DNA of 63,966 bases, counting the filler, from Stramenopiles sp. TOSAG23-6 (Eukaryota), in NCBI GenBank assembly GCA_900128565.1. It is 3 parts of 3 records of this genome, joined end to end, with 100 filler letters (N's around TTAATTAATTAA, not from the genome) between each part and the next. Parts side by side here need not be neighbours in the genome. Positions count along the whole stretch, not along the records: positions 43,642 to 63,966 come from LT636038.1; 2 more parts are not named here. One strand, given 5' to 3'. Below are positions 43,705 through 54,900 of the stretch, piece by piece. A model generated the notes under the pieces. The model was not told the origin of the DNA and made no database searches. It worked only from the letters and a program-made list of their open reading frames with translations. The translations under genes were made by a program, and so were the position numbers. Positions within the stretch are counted from its first letter, which is position 1. The number at the start of each line of letters is the position of its first letter.

Positions 43705-44673
43705 GTATTAGGTGTCACAACAGTTGCAGGAAATATGGGAATTGAAGCTGTTACGGCTGCTACACTGAAAGTATTAGATGCGGCAGATGCTCCTATTTAT
43801 TTACCTGTTGCAAAAGGATGTGAAGAACCATTAGTTGAACCTTGTCATTTTTGTCCTCAGATACATGGTACAGATTCATTGGGCGATTTGAAACCACCAT
43901 TACCATCGTCAAATCGAACTCTCGATGAAAGACATGCTGTTACTCTAATACTAGATAATCTTTTAGAAATTGATAAATCCAATGGAAAATTACCAAAAAT
44001 GACTATAATAGCTCTTGCTCCATTAACGAATATTGCAATGGCTATTCGTTTGAAGCCTAGATTGTGTAGACGTTCTATTCATCGAATTGTATGGATGGGT
44101 GGTTCGGCATTTGCTGGTGGTAATGCGAGTGCCTGGGCTGAAGCAAATGCAGCCTATGACCCAGAAGCAGCTCATATTGTTTTTACCTCAGGTATCGAAA
44201 TCATGTTATATACATGGGACGTATATCTAAAGGTGGAATATTCTTGGAAGGAACTTTTAGAATTAGGTGTAGTAGTATCAGAAAGTCCTATAGGTATAGG
44301 AAGTATAGGAAATGATAATGAAAAAGATGTTCCACCTACAAGTGTAATGATATCGGATAAACTTAAGCCTTGGTCGTCTTTAGGATCTCGATTGCTTCTT
44401 AGAGATATGCGTTATTGGAAAAATAAAACTGCTCAAATTGGAGATGCTGGTGCTGTTGCGGCTGTTATTGCACCTAATGCTGTGACTACAAAACATATGC
44501 ACGTTTGTATCGAACTCCAAGGCAAGAATACGCGTGGAATGACTGTATGTGATCATAGACTATTTTCCACACCCCCAGATTTACCTATTTTGAAACCTAA
44601 TGTACATGTATGTATTGATGTTGATGCAAATGCTATAAAAGATGTATTCACATCAACACTGTTTAAAAAATGA
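43705..44673 (+). CDS. Inosine/uridine-preferring nucleoside hydrolase (5' partial)
   Basis: VLGVTTVAGN, IHG.DSLG, LAPLTNIA, WMGG, AEAN...DPEAA, TRGMTV.D. Confidence 0.93.
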   Translation, partial: VLGVTTVAGNMGIEAVTAATLKVLDAADAPIYLPVAKGCEEPLVEPCHFCPQIHGTDSLGDLKPPLPSSNRTLDERHAVTLILDNLLEIDKSNGKLPKMTIIALAPLTNIAMAIRLKPRLCRRSIHRIVWMGGSAFAGGNASAWAEANAAYDPEAAHIVFTSGIEIMLYTWDVYLKVEYSWKELLELGVVVSESPIGIGSIGNDNEKDVPPTSVMISDKLKPWSSLGSRLLLRDMRYWKNKTAQIGDAGAVAAVIAPNAVTTKHMHVCIELQGKNTRGMTVCDHRLFSTPPDLPILKPNVHVCIDVDANAIKDVFTSTLFKK

Positions 44674-44734
44674 AAGAATCTATAGATAACAAAATATGTT
44701 CAAGTGAGTATATTTATAATTTAATAAACTTCGT

Positions 44735-47298
44735 TTACCATCCAAGAGCACTACTAGTTTCTTTGCCTCGTGGTGCGTGAGGATCATTGTGATCAGAACT
44801 TCCACAAGATTTGATCGCGTGAACAAGGGTGTCCTCCACAAGATTAACATCAAATGATTCTGAACGCCTTATACGCTCGGAAGAGATACCAGGTGTGGTA
44901 CTACTCACTAAGTGTTCATGAGGATGAACCAGTTGCTCAAATGCATCAACTTGGATTATGTCCTCTCTTAACTTTTCGGCCACGTCGAGTTTTGCCTGTT
45001 CTTCAATAGTGGCGTCACGCTTTTCTTTACGCAATTTCGATAAAATTTTATCTCCTTCAATACATTTTGAAAATGCTTCATTGATTTGACTTACTCTATC
45101 TAAGGGATTCTCTGAAATAAACACACTTTCAGACAATAATTTTCGAATTTCAGATTCAGTAGTAATTAATTGAGAAGTAGCACGAACTAATCCATCACTT
45201 GGTACAGAATATGCACGACCTAATGGAAATGAAATACCTCGCATCAAGAACCCTATGGGACGTACGGGGAAATTATCAAAAATGCCGTAAAATGCATCTT
45301 CTATATCATGTGTTATTTGGGTCAAAGCATGATCAATAATAGTATTCGTTTGTTGTACATTATTTTTCTTAGCAAACCATAAGACAGAATATCCTAAATA
45401 TAGATTAGATAATATATCAGCATATCGACCGGACAGTTGTTCTGCGGTTTTTAATCGACCACCTAATATAAGTCCTAAATCCGTTGTTACTGCAAACGCA
45501 GCAGATAGGCGATTTAGTTGAGATTCGTGAAATCTTGAAATGTCTGATTTAGATCTTGTACGAGTTATAGCTTGGCTAAACGCTCTGAAAGCATTAGTAG
45601 TGCCATGTCCTAATAAACTTCTTACATGTTTTGAAAATCCTTTTTTATCATCTCCCTTTGAGATTGAAGCAATTAGATCTTGCATATGAGGATGCGCACG
45701 GTTTAGCCCTTGACCAAACACAATTAATGATCGGGTAAGAATATGTAATCGAAGAGAAATATTTCATTTGTTTTTTTGTTAGGTACAACATTTACTACGA
45801 AAATAAAATTGAGATTTTTTTTTGGAAACGGACATTTGCGCCTTCGACAGTAATTGCGACTGGCATTGATTGATATTTTGAAGCCATATAATTCATAGGT
45901 CCTTTACAAATTCCTGCACCGCCTATGACGTCCATAGCATCATTCCCTACAGTTCTACCCATCTCCGTACATTTTAACTTCATTATCGCGGATAAAACTG
46001 GAGGTCTTTCATGTTGACCCACAGCAGCATTAAATAGATGTTGCGATGCAGTGCATGTGTATGCTAGAGATGCGATTCTTGCTAACCTTTCTTGGATGCC
46101 TTCCATCTCCGCAATGGGAACCTTGAACTGCTTTCTGATTCTAGCATATCCTCCAACAGCATTGACGCATGTATTTTGAAAAAATATTTCAAAAAAAACG
46201 TTAGGTACAAACTTTCGTACGAAAAACAATCGAAATTGAAAAAAAATAAAACATACACAATTGAGCTATACCACCTGCTGATGCAGGTAAAGATATTCCC
46301 CTACCTTCCCCTAGGCATTCCATAAGCATATTCCAACCAAACCCAGTGCGTTCTTGACCACCAACAACGTTTGTTAATGGTATAAACACATCACGTCCAC
46401 GGACAGGTCCGTTCATGAAACCGGCATCGATGGGGTTATGCCGCGCTCCAGTTAAAAGTCCCTTGTGTCCTTTATCTAACAAGCAAACGGTAATGCCTTC
46501 ACTTCCAACGCCCTTTAAGAGTCCATTTGGGTCCTTGACATCAATTGCAAGACCTATTAGAGTAGCTACAGGGGCGAGTGTTATATAACGTTTATTAAAA
46601 GTAGCTTTTACACCTAAAACGCCATTCTGCTCACAAACAATACCAACATCGCGCATAGAAGCAGCGTCAGAACCTGAAGATGGCCCGGTGAGTGCAAAAC
46701 ATGGAATGTCAACTCCAGTAGCTAACCGAGGTAAATAATGTTTCTTTTGTGAATCAGTGCCGTATTCTCGTAATAGCTCAGCTGGGCCCAAAGAATTAGG
46801 AACCATGACAGTAACAGCGGCGCATATTGAACGCGTAGCAACTCGCTGTAACATAACTGAATGAGCATGCGCAGAGAATCCTTTACCACCGTAATCTTTG
46901 GAGATACACAAGCCAAGGAAGCCTTTCTCCCTAATATAACTCCAAACCTCTGGTTTCAAATTTTGGTCCAAACTTACTTGATAATCATCAATCATTTCGC
47001 ACAGAGTATTAACTTCGACGTCAAAGAAAGATTGTTCTTCGGTAGTAAATCCAACATCATATTTGTCCACAAGTTTTTGTAACGATGGTGATCCGGAAAA
47101 TATATCCCGATCAAACCCTACAGTCCCAGAATCCAGAGCTGCTTGTTCCGTTGCAGATATCTTTGGCATAATTCGTTTGGCAAAATTATACAACGGTCCC
47201 ACCACAAAAGTTCGGCGGGTGTTAAATATGGGACTAATTGAAGAATGAAACTGGAGTATCCTCCGAGATTTGCCTATACGTATGCTTCGGCCCAACAT
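44735..47298 (-). CDS. FadE-type acyl-CoA dehydrogenase; exons 47298-46257, 46168-45834, 45742-44735
   Basis: MPKISATEQAAL, MVPNSLGPAELL, KRYITLAP, GRGISLP, YARIRKQF, ITVEGAN|ILTRSLIVFGQG, LGGRLK..EQLSGR.AD. Confidence 0.95.
45743..45833 (-). mobile_element. Introner-derived intron, GT...AT, 91 nt
   Basis: Removal restores ITVEGAN|ILTRSL exactly; there is no AG after the branch point. Confidence 0.93.
46169..46256 (-). mobile_element. Introner, GT...AT, 88 nt
   Basis: ttg t|gc gtc is in frame; the first downstream AG creates TGA. Confidence 0.93.
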
Positions 47299-47540
47299 TT
47301 TTGGACTAATCAAGAAGAAAATAGAAAATCAATTTAATGAAACAGTAGGTAAAATATTTTGTCAGTTCCAGTGCTTGGCCAATAATGGCCAAGGTTGCGC
47401 AATACAACTGAAAATGACAGCTGTCGTCGCGCATTATTATCGATCGATACCCGGAACCCGGCTCGATATATATTATTATCTCATAAATTAAAAAAAAATG
47501 TTATTATTTGTTTATTTATTCACTGGTATAGTCGTTATAT

Positions 47541-48494
47541 TTAGTTCAAAAGATTTAATCTAGCTGCACCAAGTGCAAGAGGGAGTGATACAAAAAACAA
47601 AGTTCTATTTCTGCGAATGTTCAATATTCCAGCAAAAAATATGGCAAGGGAAACATTTGACCACTTCATCTCATGTCTAAGGATATTCCACGACTGTTTA
47701 CCTGAAAATAAAGCAAGAAATGGAATATTAGACGTCACTGCATCTACTTCTGGAGTCAATATACCACCTGATCTATTCCGATATCTATGATCTTGATGCT
47801 CTCCACCAATAAAAGCAAATACTGTAGGAAAGGAGAATAATACTATAGTGGGTACAAAAGGAGATGCTATTGCTGTACCTAAACCTAATGAAGCAAACGA
47901 CCATAGGGCAGGATGCCTTGTGACGCGCTCTAAACCATATATGTCATTATTGTTCGGTTTTTTGGAAGAAAAGTCAAATGGACATCGAGCCACCCAGACC
48001 TCTTTTGCTTTAGTTGATGAACCAGTTGCTACAGCGCTAGTGTCCCTTGATAAGAGAACACCAGAGCTAATATCAGACACACTTAGCATGCCATTTGATG
48101 GTAAAGTATTTTGGGGTATACTGTCGCCTAGTGCGGATTTGTTATTTGCAATATATGATTGTAAACCAAAAGGAAACTGAACTTTTGGCAACAATTGTGA
48201 AAAACCGATGAGTCCAAGTCCTTGGAACGCAAAAGAAGACAAAGTTATAGCTACTCCTGCGCGGCCATGCCATAATCGTGGACCGACCCCGTAACCATAT
48301 TTACAGTAGCCCCACAGAATTGATCCACATGCTGCGGTTGATAGGACATTGTACACACCATGATACGTCTGCTTACCAAAGTTACTTATCAGATAGTCGC
48401 GATTATGGGACACAACAACATTCTCTAGAATGAAAGCACTCCAGCCCAATCCTATCCAACGAACACCCCGATGTGATAATATTGCTTGCAACAT
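47541..48494 (-). CDS. NnrU-domain membrane protein
   Basis: R..LI...G...Y..VY..LS, G..RVTRHP.LW, HQD.R, TSNIPFLA. Confidence 0.85.
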   Translation of the reverse strand: MLQAILSHRGVRWIGLGWSAFILENVVVSHNRDYLISNFGKQTYHGVYNVLSTAACGSILWGYCKYGYGVGPRLWHGRAGVAITLSSFAFQGLGLIGFSQLLPKVQFPFGLQSYIANNKSALGDSIPQNTLPSNGMLSVSDISSGVLLSRDTSAVATGSSTKAKEVWVARCPFDFSSKKPNNNDIYGLERVTRHPALWSFASLGLGTAIASPFVPTIVLFSFPTVFAFIGGEHQDHRYRNRSGGILTPEVDAVTSNIPFLALFSGKQSWNILRHEMKWSNVSLAIFFAGILNIRRNRTLFFVSLPLALGAARLNLLN

Positions 48495-48950
48495 CTATGA
48501 TGTGATGTGGCAAATCAGAGATTGTGAGAATGGTTTGAATATAAATGATCCCTGGAATATATAATTAATATATAATTATAATGGAACACAAGACTGGTGC
48601 ATAACGGAGTACCTACGGGTATTAGTGAACTGGATGAATCCGATTGATTTGAGATTCGCGGTCACCGTATTTTTGCTATCTGAAATTCTGAATTTCTGAA
48701 AATCTTGATTCGTGTGGATGGAGCCTTAGTTATTACTATAAATTTTATGGTTTTGTGTGTCATTTTAGTATTTTACTTGATAATTTTATATTAGTTATTG
48801 AAATGTTCCTGTTCCGAGGAGATATTTTGCACATATTAAAAATATATTGAAAATAATTTAGTTTAAAATGAAAAAAAATAGCAATGCCCAATATTATATT
48901 ACGTAATAAATATCTCATGGTTGATTTTATATCAATAAAAAAAACTAAAA

Positions 48951-51900
48951 TTACATCCATCCTGCATCTTGCTCATTATCGTTATAAAATCCATTATTTG
49001 TTTCATCTTGATCCACATCATTTGCTTTACCACCAGTTGGATCTTGCCATACGACATCACCAAAGACGCTATGCACCCAACATGATTTCCCGTGAGGTTT
49101 TGAGAATGTCTTCTTCCAGCCTGTAGTTGGCATAGCATTTGCAGTATCCGCGTGAGTATGTCGGGCAAAGACAATGACACGATCTCTCTGTCCAGCTTGT
49201 CGCAACAAATCTATTGCAGCACTAAATTTTGTCTCGCGAAGATCTTTTCCGTCTATACTTATAACATGCATTCCAATACTTACTCCTGCATCCTCCACAG
49301 GGCTACCACCGGCACTTTCAGGACGGAAGCTTTTTACTTTTAAGCCTTTCTTTCTTCCTGGAATCTTCATAAAATCGGTGAAAGAAGATCCCGTTTTTAA
49401 TTCTACATCAATTATATTATCACCACTTGATTTCAAGATTTCGCGACATGAATCTGTTATTACTGATGCAGCTCGTTCAGGGGTAGCAAATACTAAATAT
49501 CTCGTTTGTTGTGAGCAATCTTGCAAAGCAACAGTGACATCAAGCTGGGGCATATTTCTTACATCTTTGCCATTGATACTAACTAAAAACATTCCTACTT
49601 TAGCACCTGCTCGTTCTACTGGGCTACCTCCCTTATCAGCCGGTCTAAAGCCTGTGACGCGTACACCAGTAGGATGGTGTTTTATTTTTCCAACCATCAT
49701 ACAAGCTGGGCCAGGAGAAAGTAGCACATGAACCACGCCAGGGGCTCCTTTTCCAAACGATAATTTCATCCCCTTTTCGTTTTGCCCTTTTTGTTGCAAT
49801 AGAATTGTAATTGTTTCAAATGATGTCGTAGTTACATCATTATCATCAACACGAAGCAATCGCTGTCCAGGTATAACACCCTTATTTCTCAAAATTGAAT
49901 GTTCTGTTATACTATTTACTGTAGCTCCTATGCCGTCGTTAGTTGTTGCTACCACGCCTATTCCTAATTTTACACCTTGTGGAATATGGATGGAATCAAT
50001 CATCGCTGCTTCACCATCACGATTGATGTGCATAACTCCGCCACTTGAAACATTCATTGTGATACTCTTTGATTTCTTAATATTAAAACCAGAACTAGGA
50101 AATACTTTACTGCTATTTTTGGCTGATGCTTTTCGTCTGAGTAATATAAGACGTTGAACTCCTTTGACAAGGCGAGTTTGTTTGACAGATGGGTCGCGCC
50201 ATACAACACTACCTGTAACGTCATTAACCCAATAAAACTTTTGTTTACCTTCGGCCCAGTATTTACTCCAATTTTGCTCTTCTTCTTCTTCCTCTTCTTC
50301 TTTCTTCTCAAATGATGTAAGTGCTATCAATTTCTCACATATCGGATCCGCAATTTTCCTACGACATGGAGGGATCATAAAAATAACAATTACAAAACCT
50401 AATAGGACTACAGCAATATTCACTGTTACAAGCATACTACCAAGCATACCATTCTCACCATCTACAGAATCACTCGCAATCAGTAAACCTGAGAAGAAAA
50501 TGAAAAATAGTACAATCAATAGACACTGTTGTAAAATGTCATCAATATCTGAATGATATGGGTGTGTATTCATAGCCAACATCATAAACACTACGGTTAC
50601 AACAAGACCACATGCGCTTCGTTCAATCTCATCCCCAGCCATACTGATTCCACCAGTCATTAAAGCTTTACGTAAAAGCTCGGAGCATTCAAACCACCAA
50701 TACTGGCGTTCATACTGCATGAAAAGAGACCCAAAAACGCGTATAGATCGATGATAATGTTTGTTACTATCATGAACCCTACGTTCTTTCTCGTCCATTC
50801 GGTCTGGGTGTATAAGAAGGTCACGACGATTGTACATCAAAATGAGATACAATAAAGGAACTCCAACAACAAATAAACCAATTCCAGCCGTTGCCATTAA
50901 ATGCATTTGTGCATATACAGGGTTATCGTCACTACATTCAATACTAGCATCAGCTCGTAGATACCTTTTATCATTAATAGAGAAACAATTGAAAACACGG
51001 AAACAACGAGTAGTAAGGCCGGGGTACATTAAAAACACCACCACATTGAAAAATATAAGTGCTTCATCCCTTGCACTTAAAATTGTATACCGTAGTCTTG
51101 GAACAATTTTTTTGCCAATATAGCAAATACAATAAACTAAAAATAACACCAATGAGAAAAATGGTAATACGCTCACATGGGCCACGAAGCCGCCAGCAAA
51201 GTCTGTTGAAAAATCACAGGCCGAAAAATCCGTGAGCACCGCCATGAAGTCCATATTAACCATTTTGAATTGATCAAACAATGCAACAAATTCCGGAGGA
51301 AAATTGACTCCCAATGTAAATTGGAGTTGTGAAACGACTTGCATGTGCGATACAACTTGGCGCATTGTTGCCATTAATTGGTAATATTCCCCCATTCCGC
51401 CGCGTCCACCTGCTGATGCCATCTTGCCACCAGAATCTTCCGCGGCACCTAGTAACATATCAGCACGACGCTCATTGTCTTCTTCATCTCCTATATCCTC
51501 TACGATTTTCGTTTCTTTGGGAGTTGGCATTTTCTTTGTACCTTCTTTCATTAAAGTTTGAACATCAGTTGCTTTTAAAGCTTTTGCTCTAGCGGCTACG
51601 TCTCTTCTATGACGTTTTAAATTTTTTTTTTGCTCACTTTTCCCAGTAGTCGTCTCCTTTCTGATTGCGTGTACCCATTCGGAATAAGTCACTACGCCAT
51701 CCCCATCTACATCAATAGTCTCAACCATTAAATCAACGAGACGAGCATCCATACCACGCTTTAATAAGCCAGACTTAAGCTCGATTTTGCTGACAGTACC
51801 AGAGTTATCTTTATCAAGATAATTGAATGTCTCTCTTGGATTTATATCTTTAGTGTCAACTTCTTCAAAAGGTGGCCTTTTACAAAGAAGAAGAAAAGCT

Positions 51901-54900
51901 ATTATGACTGTGCAAATAGTTGCTACAATTGCTGCATAAAAAAGACCTCCGGAGGATTGCCCGCCTGGGCAAAATGTGCACCGCATACCATCGCTGGTGC
52001 GAACATAGTTCTTATCACATAATCCACATATAGGACCCTTGTAACCTTTTGTACAATTAGACCAATTCGTGTGTTCTTCGGTAATAACCCCATTACCGTC
52101 ATCATGTAGCTCACTTGGACACATTCCAATATATGCCCAATAGTTTCCAGCATTTTCACAGCTTTCCTTGTCGGTGACATCAGCAATGACTTCTTCACAA
52201 GTAGTTATTGCATCTAGAGATGCTCCTATCTCAGGTCTACAAGTTTGACACTCAAACTCATCCAATAAACAAGGCAAAGGATCTAAATCTTGAGGATTAT
52301 CAATAAAAAAATCGCGATCTTGCCAGAAGCCAGCTTTTATACTTAATTTTGCAGAGTCCAGGTTTGTATTGTAAGCCAGGCCGTCTGTCATACATACCAT
52401 CTGTAATTATAAAATATCAAAGTAAAAACTATGTTAGATAACTAAATGGGGTAATTTTAAAATATAATAGTGAAAGTAATGAAAAGCTATCAAATCAATA
52501 TAATATCTACTACGTACACTATCAGCACATCTTGTACAAGAAATTGCATCAGAGTCATGATTAGATAATGTATCAAGCTTAATACGTGTCGGGATACTGA
52601 TGTTGTAGTGTGTGGCAAAATAAGCAGCATTTTTTTTGAATTGATTTTTCTCTATTAATTTTTTGGAATCCTCTATCATTTGTTCCAAATCTGCAAGATG
52701 GCCAAAATAACCTCGTGGACACTGACAACGCTTTCTGTCTAAATCACCCTCTGCTTCTATTCCGGGACAATCGCCCTCATATTTTGTTCCTTCTGGGCAA
52801 AATTTTTTCTCAGCACATTCCATCTTCACTGAAGAAGTTTGGCAAAAATAGCCCTCGGGGCACAGCCCAGTTTCAGTCGATCCAGCTTCACAGTACCCTC
52901 CTTTAACCGAATCACCACACATTTTTATTGTAGATGATTGAGTGCAGAAACTTCCTGCAGGACACAAAGTTGGAATTATCGTTCCCAGAGGACAATAAAA
53001 CTGTCTGCCATTATGAATGCCACCCTTAGCAGGACCAGCTCGTACGGCATCTGAAAGATCATACTCATAATCAGACCAAACACCTTTCATACCATTTTGG
53101 TTATTCTCGCATAACGCTTTTGTGTCCCGCTTTTCATACCAAATGCCATCAGGCTCACAATTAGCTGCAGTTTTCTCTGTGAGTACTCTATCCTCCAACA
53201 TAAGATTTTTACTTATACATGTATCTGTGCTCACATTGATATTTCCAATCATACAACCCGCATAGGGGTAATCACAAGAAAATTTAAACTTGCCCTCTTC
53301 ACAGTAAAACCCGACTGGACATTCTATAGGAAGCATCGTTTTCTCTGGACAAAACCAACCCGTATCAGCATCGCGAAGGAAAACATCAATAGCAAGGGGG
53401 TTGTATACACAAGATTTTTTTACAGAGGAAGTTGTGCAATAAAACCCAAGAGGGCATGGACTTCTTGCAAAACTACCTCTGGCACAAAATTCAGCATTTC
53501 CTTCATCTGATGTACATAAAGTCTGAACTTTTGAATCGGGGCAAAATGATCCTAACGCACACTGGTTTCCTCTATCAGAGCCTTCTGGGCAGTAATAAGC
53601 TGTGGTACCATCGGTATTAAGTGGACTAGTTGGATCGGCAGGATTATCAAGAGTACTATCATCACAAGAGTATTTGTATCTACCTTCCTCGCAATAATAC
53701 CCTTCGGGACATAGTACTGGACCCTTACTGTTTCCAGGACAATACCAAGCTTTTGTATCTTCTGCATTATTTTGCAATACATTGTCAGGATGCTCAGGAT
53801 CATACACACAACTCTTCTTGATATTAGAAGTCGGACAGTAATAACCTGGTGGGCACTGCGTAGGTGCAGATGAACCTTCTTCGCAGTATGTGCCATCATC
53901 AGGACATTTCACTTCTGTTTTCGATGTCTCGCATTTATACCCAGCTCTACATTTTGAGGGTGCCATCGATCCAGCAGCACAATAAAACGCAATATTTTGG
54001 ACAATGATTGAGTTAGGATCTTTAACTGGGTCATTTGCAGAGTTATCACATGAATACTTGAATTTTCCTGAACTACAATAAAATCCTACTTCACATTGTA
54101 TCGGAGTGGTATTTCTACCTGGACAATACCAAGCTATAGTGTCATTTTGAAGTAATATATCCGGCTCATTCTCATTCCACTCACAACTCATTTTTGAAGC
54201 TGGAGAAGGACAGTAATATCCTTGGGGGCAATCTTGTGCAGATGATGAGCCAAGAGGGCAGTGGTCTCCATTGCTACAAGCGATTTCTTCTCGCGAATTT
54301 GGGCATCTATACCCAGGTTTGCATCTCTCTGATCCATGACTACCTGTAGGACAATAAAACGAGTCATACACCTGCCAAGAACCTGAGAATAACTTTATAT
54401 TGGGTGGCGTACTGCATAAGCCCGCATCTATTAGATCAACAGAATCAATTGCTCCCTTGTTATCGACTGTATAATCTGCGAGAGGAAGTTTAGAACATTC
54501 TCCGCCTGAAAATTCTATCTGCCCAGGTATATATCCTGTGCCTTTTGAAGGAAGAGTGACTTCAACCCCTATTGGATTCAGCTTAAATACAAGCTTCGCA
54601 TTATTTCCACTGTTATCATCAGCTATACTTGCCGATGGGGGTACGGTACACTTCACTGTTCCTGGATTGTCTAAGACAATGGGTGAAATGATTGCGCCTT
54701 CAGCTGTAACTGTCAATGATGCGACTGGATATACTGTGCATGTCCCCCCAGTAAACACAACCGGTGCAACAGTATAACCAGTACCACATGTTTTTTGGAA
54801 AAATATTTAAAAAAATAATCGTTAGGTACAAAATTTCGTACGAAAAAAAAATCGAATTTGAAAAAGAATAAAACATACAATCTGTACACGAAAGTTCACC

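Noticed and set aside
45743-45835. Reading the introns as U12-type AT-AC by shifting both junctions 2 nt
   Set aside because: The shift works for some copies only. It fails at 54788 (TT), 36128 and 35845 (no AC). There is no ATATCCTT donor or TCCTTAAC branch site; donors are U2-like GTAYGT.
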